NCBI GenBank assembly: GCA_051439625.1
Contig: JBFRWO010000181.1
Span: forward strand, 1-27,617
Source of the DNA: Crocosphaera sp.
GTDB lineage: Bacteria > Cyanobacteriota > Cyanobacteriia > Cyanobacteriales > Microcystaceae
Direction of reading: 5' to 3'
DNA length: 27,617 bases
The position numbers were made by a program, and so were the translations under genes. This document shows positions 17,510 through 25,974 of this stretch, one piece after another (within the stretch, counting starts at the first letter, position 1; every line of letters begins with the position of its first letter). The notes under the pieces were generated by a model. The model was not told where the DNA came from. It did no database searches and worked only from the letters and a program-made list of their open reading frames with translations.

Positions 17510-18253
17510 TTGGTTGTGAATATTGATGTCATTACTTTGTTTCCTGATTTTTTTACCTCCGGCTTAGAGTCTGGTTTGTTGGGTAAGGCTTTGGCTAAGG
17601 CCATCGCCACGGTTAACTTGGTCAACCCCCGTGATTTTACGGTTGATAAGCATCATCGGGTGGATGATATCCCCTATGGGGGTGGGGTAGGTATGGTTTT
17701 GAAACCGGAACCGATTTTTGCGGCGGTTAATTCTCTCCCTCGTTTATCGAGTTCACAGATCATTTTGTTAACCCCTCAAGGTTCACCTTTAACCCAAACT
17801 ACTTTACAGGATTTAGCGACCCATTATCAACAACTGATTTTAATTTGTGGTCATTATGAGGGGGTTGATGAAAGAATTCGTTATTTGGCAGATAGAGAAA
17901 TTTCTTTGGGAGATTTTGTGTTAACCTGTGGAGAAATTCCTGCTTTGGCTTTAATTAATGGGGTGGTTCGTTTATTACCTGGAACGGTTGGTAAGGTGGA
18001 ATCTTTGAAAGCTGAAAGTTTTGAAGATGGTTTATTAGATTATCCTCAATATACTCGTCCTGCTGTTTTTCAAGAGTGGGAAGTTCCTGATGTTCTTCGG
18101 TCAGGAAATCATCAATTAATTGCTCAATGGCGACGAGATCAACAGATTAAAAGAACTCAACAACGTCGTCGTGATCTCTGGGAACAATGGGTTAAGGGGA
18201 AGAGTTCGGAGTTGGGAGTTGGGAGTTCGGAGTCTGATAGTAGTAATGATTAA
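17510..18253 (+). CDS. trmD: tRNA (guanine37-N1)-methyltransferase
   Basis: N-terminus MVVNIDVITLFPDFF... is the TrmD SPOUT-fold signature. Unusual low-complexity C-terminal tail (GKSSELGVGSSESDSSND) encoded by GAGTTSG-like hexamer repeats at about 18205-18245. Confidence 0.9.
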   Translation: MVVNIDVITLFPDFFTSGLESGLLGKALAKAIATVNLVNPRDFTVDKHHRVDDIPYGGGVGMVLKPEPIFAAVNSLPRLSSSQIILLTPQGSPLTQTTLQDLATHYQQLILICGHYEGVDERIRYLADREISLGDFVLTCGEIPALALINGVVRLLPGTVGKVESLKAESFEDGLLDYPQYTRPAVFQEWEVPDVLRSGNHQLIAQWRRDQQIKRTQQRRRDLWEQWVKGKSSELGVGSSESDSSND

Positions 18254-18289
18254 TTTAATTATCAATTAGTTCTATATTCTACATTTTTT

Positions 18290-20197
18290 ATGTTTTCTCG
18301 TCGTACTTTTTTTAAGGTTTTGGGAGTTGGAGGTTTAGGGAGTTTAATTACTTATTCTCGGTTTAAAAAGCCATCTCCTTCTTTTTATCAAAAAGATAGT
18401 TTAACTTTACCTTATGGTTTAAATAATCCTAAATCTGTGGTAGTTATCGGTGCTGGTTTGGCTGGTTTGGCTTGTGCTTATGAGTTAAGTAGGCGAGGTT
18501 TTGCTGTAACTTTATTGGAAAAATCAACTAATTTCGGGGGGAAAATAGCTAGTTGGAAGATTAATATTGGTGATGATAGTTTCAAGATGGAACATGGTTT
18601 TCATGGCTTTTTTCCTCACTATTATAATCTCAACAAAATTGTTGCTGAATTAAACATAGAAAATAATTTTCGCTCTTTAGGGTTTTATTCTGTTCTCTTT
18701 TCTGAGGAAAAATATAATTATAAGCCGGAGAATTTTTATCCTAGTCATTCTGCTTTTCCCTGGAATATTATTGATCTTGCTGTTTGGTCAGATAATCGTT
18801 TTGATTGGGGCATTAATATTAGTAAGTTGTCCCATTGGCAGGTATTTAAAGAAATTGCAGGGTTTAACATGCCTGATAGTTTTCAAAGGTTAGATCATCT
18901 CTCAGTTATTGACTGGTCAAAAATCGGTTTTCCTCAAGGACTTTATGATTTATATTTCTTACCTTTTGCTCGCTCAACTTTAAATGCACCAGATACTTTA
19001 AGTGCAGGAGAATTATTACAATTTTTCCATTTCTATTTCTTTGGCAACCCCGAAGGTTTAGCTTTTAATGGCACAAAAGATGATATGGGAAGCAGTTTAG
19101 TTGAACCGATTATTACTCATATTAAAAACAATCAAGGTGATGTCATAAAAGAAGCACATATCAGTAATATTATCTGTCAACAAAATCAAATTACATCTAT
19201 TAACTATCAACGAGGAAGTCAAGTAATTAATGTTCCTTTTAAGGTGAAAAAAAATACGATTTTATGTAACAGTAATGAAAACTATTATGGGGATAGCGAT
19301 CGCTTATTTTTAGACACTGATGAAACAGTCATGGGTTTAACTTGTACTCATCAAGGTTGTACGGTAAAAAAACAAGAAGATGGAACATTTTTATGTCCTT
19401 GTCATGGAGCAATTTATGATAAAAACGGAAAAGTCCAAAAAGGGCCAGCAAAACAAGATTTAGTTCATTATAAAATTGTAGAAAAAGACGATAATTCTGT
19501 TAAATTAGTTAGTCAAGAAGCTGAGGATAATATCAATGATAAAACCTTAAAAGCAGACTATTATGTTATCGCTACTGATGTCCCAGGAATACGTCATTTA
19601 TGGACAAGAATGGAAGGAGAAAATAACGAGAATTTAACACAAAAAATTGAACAATTAGCTGTTGCTGACCCCTTTGCAGTTGCTAGGTTTTGGTTTGATC
19701 AAAATTTTGAGTGGGAACATAGTAATTTTACTTCGCTTTCTGGTTACGATCTCACCGATAGTATTGCGTTATATCATCGCATTCAAACCCAGTTTATTGA
19801 ATGGTCAAAAAAAACAGGAGGAAGTGTAGTAGAATTACACGCATATTGTTACAAGGAAAAAGACTTTCCTACCCAAGAAATTTTATTACAAACTTTTGAA
19901 AAAGAATTATATCAAGTTGTCCCTCAACTATCAAAAGCTAACCTATTACACAAAGAATTAGTTAATCAAAAAAACTTCTCTGGTTATCCTCCCAATAGTT
20001 ATGAAAATCGTCCAGATACCGTTACAGATATTGATAACTTATTTTTTGCAGGAGACTGGGTCAAAATGCCCTTTCCCTGTGGTTTAATGGAAAAAGCAGT
20101 AAGTAGTGGTTTATTAGCTGCCAATGCTATTTTAGAAAAAGAAGGTTTACAAAGACGAACCTTATTAACTGTTAATCAAGGAATCAAACTAATTTAA
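18290..20197 (+). CDS. Tat-signal flavoprotein: FAD/NAD(P)-binding amine-oxidase/desaturase-like oxidoreductase with an embedded Rieske [2Fe-2S] domain
   Basis: N-terminal SRRTFFKVLGVGG twin-arginine motif. Dinucleotide-binding fold VVVIGAGLAGLACAYELSRRGFAVTLLEKSTNFGGK. Internal Rieske ligand boxes CTHQGC ... CPCHGAIYD, about 340 aa into the 635 aa protein. Confidence 0.8.
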   Translation: MFSRRTFFKVLGVGGLGSLITYSRFKKPSPSFYQKDSLTLPYGLNNPKSVVVIGAGLAGLACAYELSRRGFAVTLLEKSTNFGGKIASWKINIGDDSFKMEHGFHGFFPHYYNLNKIVAELNIENNFRSLGFYSVLFSEEKYNYKPENFYPSHSAFPWNIIDLAVWSDNRFDWGINISKLSHWQVFKEIAGFNMPDSFQRLDHLSVIDWSKIGFPQGLYDLYFLPFARSTLNAPDTLSAGELLQFFHFYFFGNPEGLAFNGTKDDMGSSLVEPIITHIKNNQGDVIKEAHISNIICQQNQITSINYQRGSQVINVPFKVKKNTILCNSNENYYGDSDRLFLDTDETVMGLTCTHQGCTVKKQEDGTFLCPCHGAIYDKNGKVQKGPAKQDLVHYKIVEKDDNSVKLVSQEAEDNINDKTLKADYYVIATDVPGIRHLWTRMEGENNENLTQKIEQLAVADPFAVARFWFDQNFEWEHSNFTSLSGYDLTDSIALYHRIQTQFIEWSKKTGGSVVELHAYCYKEKDFPTQEILLQTFEKELYQVVPQLSKANLLHKELVNQKNFSGYPPNSYENRPDTVTDIDNLFFAGDWVKMPFPCGLMEKAVSSGLLAANAILEKEGLQRRTLLTVNQGIKLI

Positions 20198-20230
20198 CTT
20201 TGTTTTTGTATTCTTATGATATGAATAAAT

Positions 20231-20455
20231 AAATCTCAGCCAATAATTGTCGGGTGGGTAATTATAACAAAATTTGTTAAATTAAGTTTAAATTGTTAAT
20301 ATTGGCTACCTGATTAGGGTTTAATGATGTTTAATGTGGGCTTTTGGGTTTAACTCTGTTAAACCTCTAGGGAAGATCATTCTGATATTAACAAACAAAT
20401 CTCCGCCAATAATTGTTGGATGGGCAATTGTCGCAAAATTTGTTAGATTAAGTGT
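20231..20455 (+). repeat. Two direct copies of a 59-bp sequence (20231-20289 and 20397-20455), about 85% identical, upstream of or overlapping the NfeD-like gene start
   Basis: AAATCTCAGCCAATAATTGTCGGGTGGGTAATTATAACAAAATTTGTTAAATTAAGTTT aligns with AAATCTCCGCCAATAATTGTTGGATGGGCAATTGTCGCAAAATTTGTTAGATTAAGTGT (9 mismatches). Confidence 0.6.
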
Positions 20456-21198
20456 CAATTATTACCTGCGTTGGGGTAGTTAAATCCGTTACAGTTTGCG
20501 ATATCCAGTTACTCTTTAATCGGAAACTTTTTATAATGAGCCTCTTTGCCTCCCCTAATCAGGGTTTTATTATTATGGCCATCATCGGATTGTTGTTGAT
20601 GCTACTGGCCATTATGACCGGTTTAGCCCCAGATTTAATAAAGAGGGAATCAGCAACTTTTCCCCCTTTATTGAGAATTCCCATTGTCGGTTTCTTTTTG
20701 AGCTGTATTGGGGTGGGTTCTGTGCCTATTCTCTTTCTGTTGGGAGTTTATCCATTTATGGTGGGAATTGTGGGCTGGAGTGGCAATTTATGGTGGTATT
20801 GGTATCACGGGTTTTATCCTAGCAGTACAGAGGTTTCTTGGCTCAAAGCGATCGGTTTCATGTTGGCGCGACTGTTAATCGCCCTTTTTGCCCAAATTAA
20901 GCCCCTCCTAAAAACCCAAACAAAAGCACAACATTTAACCCCAGAACGCTTAATTGGCTCAAAAGGAAAGGTTTTATCCGTTTTGGGGGATGAACTGATG
21001 GAGGTTAACGTCTATGACACCGTTGGTAAATATTATGTACAAATTTATGCCCTACCTTGGGAAAAAGCCAGCGATCGCCAGTTTCAGGTAGGAGAAGAAG
21101 TTTATATTCTGGGTTTAGTTGCACCTCGACGCTATGCAGTGGTTAAAGCAGATAGTTACGACGAATTAAAAGCAATCAGAGGCAATGGGCCTCTTTAA
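20452..21198 (+). CDS. NfeD-like membrane protein (N-terminal TM helices plus C-terminal OB-fold). Partner of the downstream SPFH/flotillin.
   Basis: Hydrophobic N-terminal half. C-terminal KGKVLSVLGDELMEVNVYDTVGKYYVQIYALPWEKASDRQFQVGEEVYILG is typical of the NfeD beta-barrel. The true start may be the internal ATG at 20536 (MSLFASPNQ...). Confidence 0.65.
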   Translation: MSIITCVGVVKSVTVCDIQLLFNRKLFIMSLFASPNQGFIIMAIIGLLLMLLAIMTGLAPDLIKRESATFPPLLRIPIVGFFLSCIGVGSVPILFLLGVYPFMVGIVGWSGNLWWYWYHGFYPSSTEVSWLKAIGFMLARLLIALFAQIKPLLKTQTKAQHLTPERLIGSKGKVLSVLGDELMEVNVYDTVGKYYVQIYALPWEKASDRQFQVGEEVYILGLVAPRRYAVVKADSYDELKAIRGNGPL

Positions 21199-21221
21199 TC
21201 AATTTTGAGTCAATATGAATC

Positions 21222-23126
21222 ATGATCAATCCTAAATTCCAATTACAATTAATCCTAAATTTATCCCCCAGACAACCTCAAAATCATTATATTGAGGTGG
21301 TTGCTACCCCAGAAACCCCTTATCTCGCTCAAGTCCCTACTAATAGTGACTGGGGATGGTTAGCACCAGCCGGAATCATCACTGGTAGTATTATTTTTGT
21401 AATACTGTCCAGTTATTTGATGTTTACCCGCTTTTATCGGGTTTGTAATACCAATGAAGCTTTTGTTATTTCTGGACCAACTAGGGATAAACAGGTGATT
21501 ACCCGTTCAACTCTTTTCTTTCCTGGGTTTGAAACCATTACTATTGTCTCTTTAAATCAGGTGACAGTAACGGTGGTAAGGGGCAATACGGTGGAAAAAC
21601 CGTTAAGAACAAAAGACTTTTTGAAAGCTGTTTTTAATGGTAGTTTACAGGTAAGAGTTAACCCAGACGCAGAAAGTATCCATAATGCAGCTATGTTATT
21701 AGGGAGTGGCAAAAAAGGGCAGAAAGAAATTTTAGTGGAAGAAGAAGAGATTAAAAAGCGAGTTAATGATATTCTAGAAGGCCATTTACGGGATGCTGCT
21801 TCTCAGGCTAATTTAGGAGAATTACAGGGAAATGTTGATAGTGTTACCAATCATCTCAAGTCGAAAATTGAACCAGATTTAGCCCGTTATGGCTTACAAT
21901 TACTCAATATTGCTATTACTAATATCGATGAGCTAAATCATTACAATCCTGATAATTATTTGGATATTCAAGCAGTTGTCACTAGAGAATCTATTGTCCA
22001 ACAAAATAAGAAAGCTTTAGAGAAAGTTCAAGAAGAAACCAAAACAGAAATTGCTGCCCTGAAACTACAAGAGACTCAGAAACAATTAGCTGCAGAGAGA
22101 GAATTACGGCAAAAAGAACTGGAAAATAATTTAGAAATTGAACAAATGACCGCTGCCAATGAAAGACAAGTTCTAGAAGTTAAACAAACAGAAAGGACTA
22201 CCCAAGAATTGATTAAAGTTCGGAAAAAACAAGAAATTGACGAAGGAGTTATTGTATCGGAACAGGAAGTACAAGAAAGACAAATTGAACAACAAGAAGC
22301 CATCGAATCAGCGGAGATTGAAAAAGGTATTAGGCTCAAAGAGAAAAACCAAGAATTAGAATTAGCTGAAATTCAAAAAAAAGAAGCTGTTGAAGCAGCT
22401 CAAATTGAAAAAGGTATTAGAATTAAACAAAAAAATCAAGAATTATCCGTTGCCCAAAAAGACCTAATCGAATCCGAAACAGCCGTTGAGTTAGCTAAAA
22501 TACAACAAGAAGACGCTATGCAGAAAGCTGCAGAGGAAACCAAGAAAGAACTGGCTTTAATTAAGGCTCAACAAGATAAAGAAACTGCTTTAATTTCTCA
22601 AGAAGGGGAATTAGAACAAGAAAAGTTAAAGGCAGAAAATGAGAAAAATATTGCGGTACAAATAGCTGAGGCAATTCAAATTAAAGCAGCCGCAGAATTA
22701 GATAAAGCCCTCAAAGATGCAGAAGGAGAAAAGGCAAAAATTGCTGCACAAAACACTATTTCTGTCAAGGCTTTAACCATACAACTTGCAGAAGATAACC
22801 TAGATCAATTAATTCAAGTTTTACCTAATATTATGAAATCTTTAGCCCCTCAACCTGGTGTATTAGGGAATAATCCGATCATTTTAGCTGGTACTCAAGA
22901 CGGAGAAAAAGGAGATCCAAGCAAGTTATTACTAGCAACCAGTGGCTTAACTATTTTAACCAAACTATTACAAAATCCCAGGGTTGCTAGTTGGGGAGAA
23001 CAGTTAATAAAAAGTCTAGATTCAGACACCCCTATTGACCAAAATGCCGTGTTAAATTTCTTAGATAAAAACCCTCAATTATTAGAACAATTAACCAACT
23101 CTAATAATCGGGAAAATAACGTTTAG
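21222..23126 (+). CDS. Flotillin-like SPFH (band 7) domain protein with a long E/A/K/Q-rich coiled-coil region
   Basis: N-terminal TM helix, SPFH core, about 250 aa of EA-repeat coiled coil (EIEKGIRLKEKNQELELAEIQKKEAVEAAQIEKGIRIKQKNQEL...), C-terminal flotillin-type tail. Immediately downstream of the NfeD-like gene, as in yuaF-floT. Confidence 0.85.
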   Translation: MINPKFQLQLILNLSPRQPQNHYIEVVATPETPYLAQVPTNSDWGWLAPAGIITGSIIFVILSSYLMFTRFYRVCNTNEAFVISGPTRDKQVITRSTLFFPGFETITIVSLNQVTVTVVRGNTVEKPLRTKDFLKAVFNGSLQVRVNPDAESIHNAAMLLGSGKKGQKEILVEEEEIKKRVNDILEGHLRDAASQANLGELQGNVDSVTNHLKSKIEPDLARYGLQLLNIAITNIDELNHYNPDNYLDIQAVVTRESIVQQNKKALEKVQEETKTEIAALKLQETQKQLAAERELRQKELENNLEIEQMTAANERQVLEVKQTERTTQELIKVRKKQEIDEGVIVSEQEVQERQIEQQEAIESAEIEKGIRLKEKNQELELAEIQKKEAVEAAQIEKGIRIKQKNQELSVAQKDLIESETAVELAKIQQEDAMQKAAEETKKELALIKAQQDKETALISQEGELEQEKLKAENEKNIAVQIAEAIQIKAAAELDKALKDAEGEKAKIAAQNTISVKALTIQLAEDNLDQLIQVLPNIMKSLAPQPGVLGNNPIILAGTQDGEKGDPSKLLLATSGLTILTKLLQNPRVASWGEQLIKSLDSDTPIDQNAVLNFLDKNPQLLEQLTNSNNRENNV

Positions 23127-23212
23127 ACATATATTTTATTAACATTGCCCACATTATGAGAGTTTAATGATGTTTAATACTAAATCCGCTTTAGATAGTA
23201 GACAATCATCTT

Positions 23213-23239
23213 GATGAGCAGGGGAGGCAGAGGAGGCAG
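23213..23239 (+). repeat. Tandem repeat (GGAGGCAGA)x3
   Basis: Three consecutive 9-mers, the last one ending in G, seen directly. Confidence 0.8.
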
Positions 23240-23369
23240 AGGAGGCAGGGGGAGATAGAATATTACTCTACGATAATAAGCGGATTTGGTATAAGATAGG
23301 TGTCTAGGTAAAACACATACCCCTACGGAAGCAAAAAAATGTTATGGTTTGGGGGTTTGTTATGGTGTC

Positions 23370-23678
23370 TCAAATAGTTTCTCTTACCTCAAAATTTTCA
23401 TATATTTGAGGTTCTAATCTTTCTACGGTTACATCTGTCACCTTGGCACTTCTCGGCCCCTGATGACACCATTGCAACATTTTAGTAATTAGGGGTTCTG
23501 TACCTGCAAAAATGGCTTCTACACGCCCATCAAGACGATTTCTCACCCACCCCTTAACCCTCAACCTTTGCGCTTCTTGTACCGTAGAATATCGGTATCC
23601 TACCCCTTGTACTTTGCCAGTAATAAAAACACGAACACAGACAATATTAGAATTAGAATGGGTCATTTCATTTATCAT
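23370..23678 (-). CDS. acyP: Acylphosphatase
   Basis: VRVFITGKVQGVGYRYST...GWVRNRLDGRVEAIFAG is the acylphosphatase signature pair. The real start is possibly the internal ATG (MTHSNSN...) at 23666. Confidence 0.8.
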   Translation of the reverse strand: MINEMTHSNSNIVCVRVFITGKVQGVGYRYSTVQEAQRLRVKGWVRNRLDGRVEAIFAGTEPLITKMLQWCHQGPRSAKVTDVTVERLEPQIYENFEVRETI

Positions 23679-23720
23679 TTAACATTTATCATTCGTTTGG
23701 AAGTAGACTTGAAACCAAAA

Positions 23721-23755
23721 TGTTCAATGTTCAATGTTCAATGTTCAATGTTCAA
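23721..23755 (+). repeat. Microsatellite (TGTTCAA)x5
   Basis: Five perfect heptamer copies, plus a degenerate sixth, between the cNMP-binding gene stop and the acyP start. Confidence 0.9.
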
Positions 23756-23770
23756 TGTTTGGTCACTGTT

Positions 23771-24169
23771 TTAAATATTTCCTAAAGCATCTAGAACCTT
23801 TTTTAAACGACGATGACGATCAGAATAACTTCTCATAACTTCTAAAGCAAACATCGGGGTTTGTTGAACAACAAATAAGAAATGTCCTCGGTCTAAAACT
23901 GCTAGTTTGCAGTCAGTTTTAGCAACAGCAGTAGAAGCGCGTAAGTGATCTTCATGAACTAAAGCACCTTGTCCAAAAACATCCCCTTTTTCAATTATTT
24001 CAACAACTTTGCGATCAATATACATTTCTATCTCCCCTTCAATGATGCCATACATCACTGTTCCTTTCTCTCCATTTTTGAAAATAGTATCTCCTTTAGA
24101 GAAGGTTTGTTCCGGTTGAGATTCAAATAATTTGATGGTTTCGATAGGACTTAACATAGGTTTAACCAC
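23771..24169 (-). CDS. Cyclic-nucleotide-binding domain protein (stand-alone cNMP-binding/CAP-effector domain, no HTH)
   Basis: 132 aa with the cNMP-binding beta-roll pattern (FGQGALVHEDHLRASTAVAKTDCKLAVL). Confidence 0.75.
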   Translation of the reverse strand: MVKPMLSPIETIKLFESQPEQTFSKGDTIFKNGEKGTVMYGIIEGEIEMYIDRKVVEIIEKGDVFGQGALVHEDHLRASTAVAKTDCKLAVLDRGHFLFVVQQTPMFALEVMRSYSDRHRRLKKVLDALGNI

Positions 24170-24288
24170 TCATTTGATAATGTATAATAGACAAGTAGAA
24201 TGTAGAATACAGAATCTAGAATAATTATCAAAAATCAATTCTAAATTCGCGCATTCTAAATCCTGACTATTAAGTAAACTAATGTTTA

Positions 24289-24579
24289 CTATTTCTTCTT
24301 AAACTCAGCGATCATTTTTTCGGTGTGTAAAACGGTATCAACAGTGGATATGGCATTATTCAAAACATGAAAGAAGGTGATTTTATCTTCGATTTCACGT
24401 AATTTATCGTGTATTTCTGCCGTTTTACTTTCATCTGCCATTGACTCAAGTTCACTAATTAAATTGCCTTTGGCGATTTTGTAATAAGATTGTAAATCTC
24501 GGAAATGATTGTGCATTTCTGTGGCAATAGATAGGACAGAATGTTCTTTAATGGCAAATTCTGGTCTTTTATTCTCCAT
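24289..24579 (-). CDS. Hypothetical protein (96 aa, charged, helical)
   Basis: ORF only. Confidence 0.35.
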   Translation of the reverse strand: MENKRPEFAIKEHSVLSIATEMHNHFRDLQSYYKIAKGNLISELESMADESKTAEIHDKLREIEDKITFFHVLNNAISTVDTVLHTEKMIAEFKKK

Positions 24580-24631
24580 GTTGATTAATCTAAGGATAGG
24601 ATAAATTATCTGTTATTAATTTTAACTCTAT

Positions 24632-25276
24632 TTAGGTGCTAGGTAAGGCACGTAAATAACTATTGAGGTGAGAGCGATCGCCAATAAAATGAAATAAAGG
24701 TCCACTGGCCGTTAATTCTACTAAACTAACCGCAGCAACGGACATCAAAAAGCGATCGCGGTAATATTTTATATCAATCCCCAGTAAACCACACAACATA
24801 ATACGGATGGTGGCTTTATGGGAAACAATTAAAATATTACCATCGTTATGATTCGTTTGGATCTCTTCTAGAACTTGGGAACTGCGACGGGCAATATCGA
24901 TCCCTCTTTCCCCCTCTGGAGGAGCATTCCAAGCCGGATCAGTTAACCATTTGACGTAGAGATCGTGATAGTCGCGATCGATGTCTTTGGGGTGCATTCC
25001 TTCCCATTTACCGTAACCGATCTCTTGCAGTCCTTCCCGCAACTGCATAGAAACCCCTATTTTTTCGCAGAGGGGTCGAATGGTCTCTCTAGTGCGATAT
25101 AAAGGACTAACGTAGATAGCTTCCCAGGGTAGATGGGAGTAGGAATCGGCGAATGCTTGAGCCATTTGGTAGCCTTCGGGGGTTAATCCTGGATCGTTTT
25201 CTATTTTGCCGCAATATCCTCCTGTTTTACTGTAGGCGGTTTGTCCATGACGGAGAAAATAAAGTCTTAAACCCAT
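24632..25276 (-). CDS. Histidine phosphatase superfamily (phosphoglycerate-mutase-like) protein, paralog 1
   Basis: LYFLRHGQTAYSKTGGYCG (the RHG catalytic motif) and ~ILIVSHKATIRIM. 214 aa. Confidence 0.85.
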   Translation of the reverse strand: MGLRLYFLRHGQTAYSKTGGYCGKIENDPGLTPEGYQMAQAFADSYSHLPWEAIYVSPLYRTRETIRPLCEKIGVSMQLREGLQEIGYGKWEGMHPKDIDRDYHDLYVKWLTDPAWNAPPEGERGIDIARRSSQVLEEIQTNHNDGNILIVSHKATIRIMLCGLLGIDIKYYRDRFLMSVAAVSLVELTASGPLFHFIGDRSHLNSYLRALPST

Positions 25277-25329
25277 TTTTAAAACAGTGATCAGTGATCA
25301 GTTACCAGTGTTCAAAAGTTATTGTTGAT

Positions 25330-25974
25330 CTAGGTTCCGTAGCGTTGTCTTAGTTCTGTTCTTAGATGAGAGCGATCACCCATAACATGAACTAACGGCC
25401 CGTGTTGGGCCATTTCGACGATGCTAACAGCGGCCACGGACATTCCAATGCGATCGCGGTAGCGGCCAACATCAACACCTAAGAGGGAACATAAAATAAT
25501 GCGGAGGGTGGCTTTATGGGAAACCACCAAAACATTTCCTGTTTTATGGGTATTTTCGATTTCTTCGAGAACTTCTGAACTGCGACGAGCGATATCTATC
25601 CCCTTTTCTCCGCCGTTGGGACTATTCCAACCGGGGTCAGCTAACCAGCGTACATAGTCATCATGAAATTCTCGGTTAACTTGCTCGGGGGTTTTGCCTT
25701 CCCATTCCCCATAATAAATTTCTTTGAGGCCGTTACGGAGTTCCATATTTATTCCTAAGCGATCGCACAAGGGTTTGGCTGTGGCGATCGCTCGTTTTAA
25801 GGGGCTACAATAGACGGCTTTCCAAGGAATATCGTGATAGGTTTTGGCAAAGTCTTCTGCCATTTCTATCCCAGAAGGGGTTAATTCAATATCTAACCGC
25901 CCGCAATAGGTTCCTGTTTGGGAAGAGGTGGTTTCTCCGTGTCTGAGAAAGTAAAGTTTAAGACTCATTAACAA
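25330..25974 (-). CDS. Histidine phosphatase superfamily (phosphoglycerate-mutase-like) protein, paralog 2
   Basis: LYFLRHGETTSSQTGTYCG and VLVVSHKATLRIIL. 214 aa. Collinear with the neighbouring paralog and roughly 55-60% identical to it by eye. Confidence 0.85.
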   Translation of the reverse strand: MLMSLKLYFLRHGETTSSQTGTYCGRLDIELTPSGIEMAEDFAKTYHDIPWKAVYCSPLKRAIATAKPLCDRLGINMELRNGLKEIYYGEWEGKTPEQVNREFHDDYVRWLADPGWNSPNGGEKGIDIARRSSEVLEEIENTHKTGNVLVVSHKATLRIILCSLLGVDVGRYRDRIGMSVAAVSIVEMAQHGPLVHVMGDRSHLRTELRQRYGT

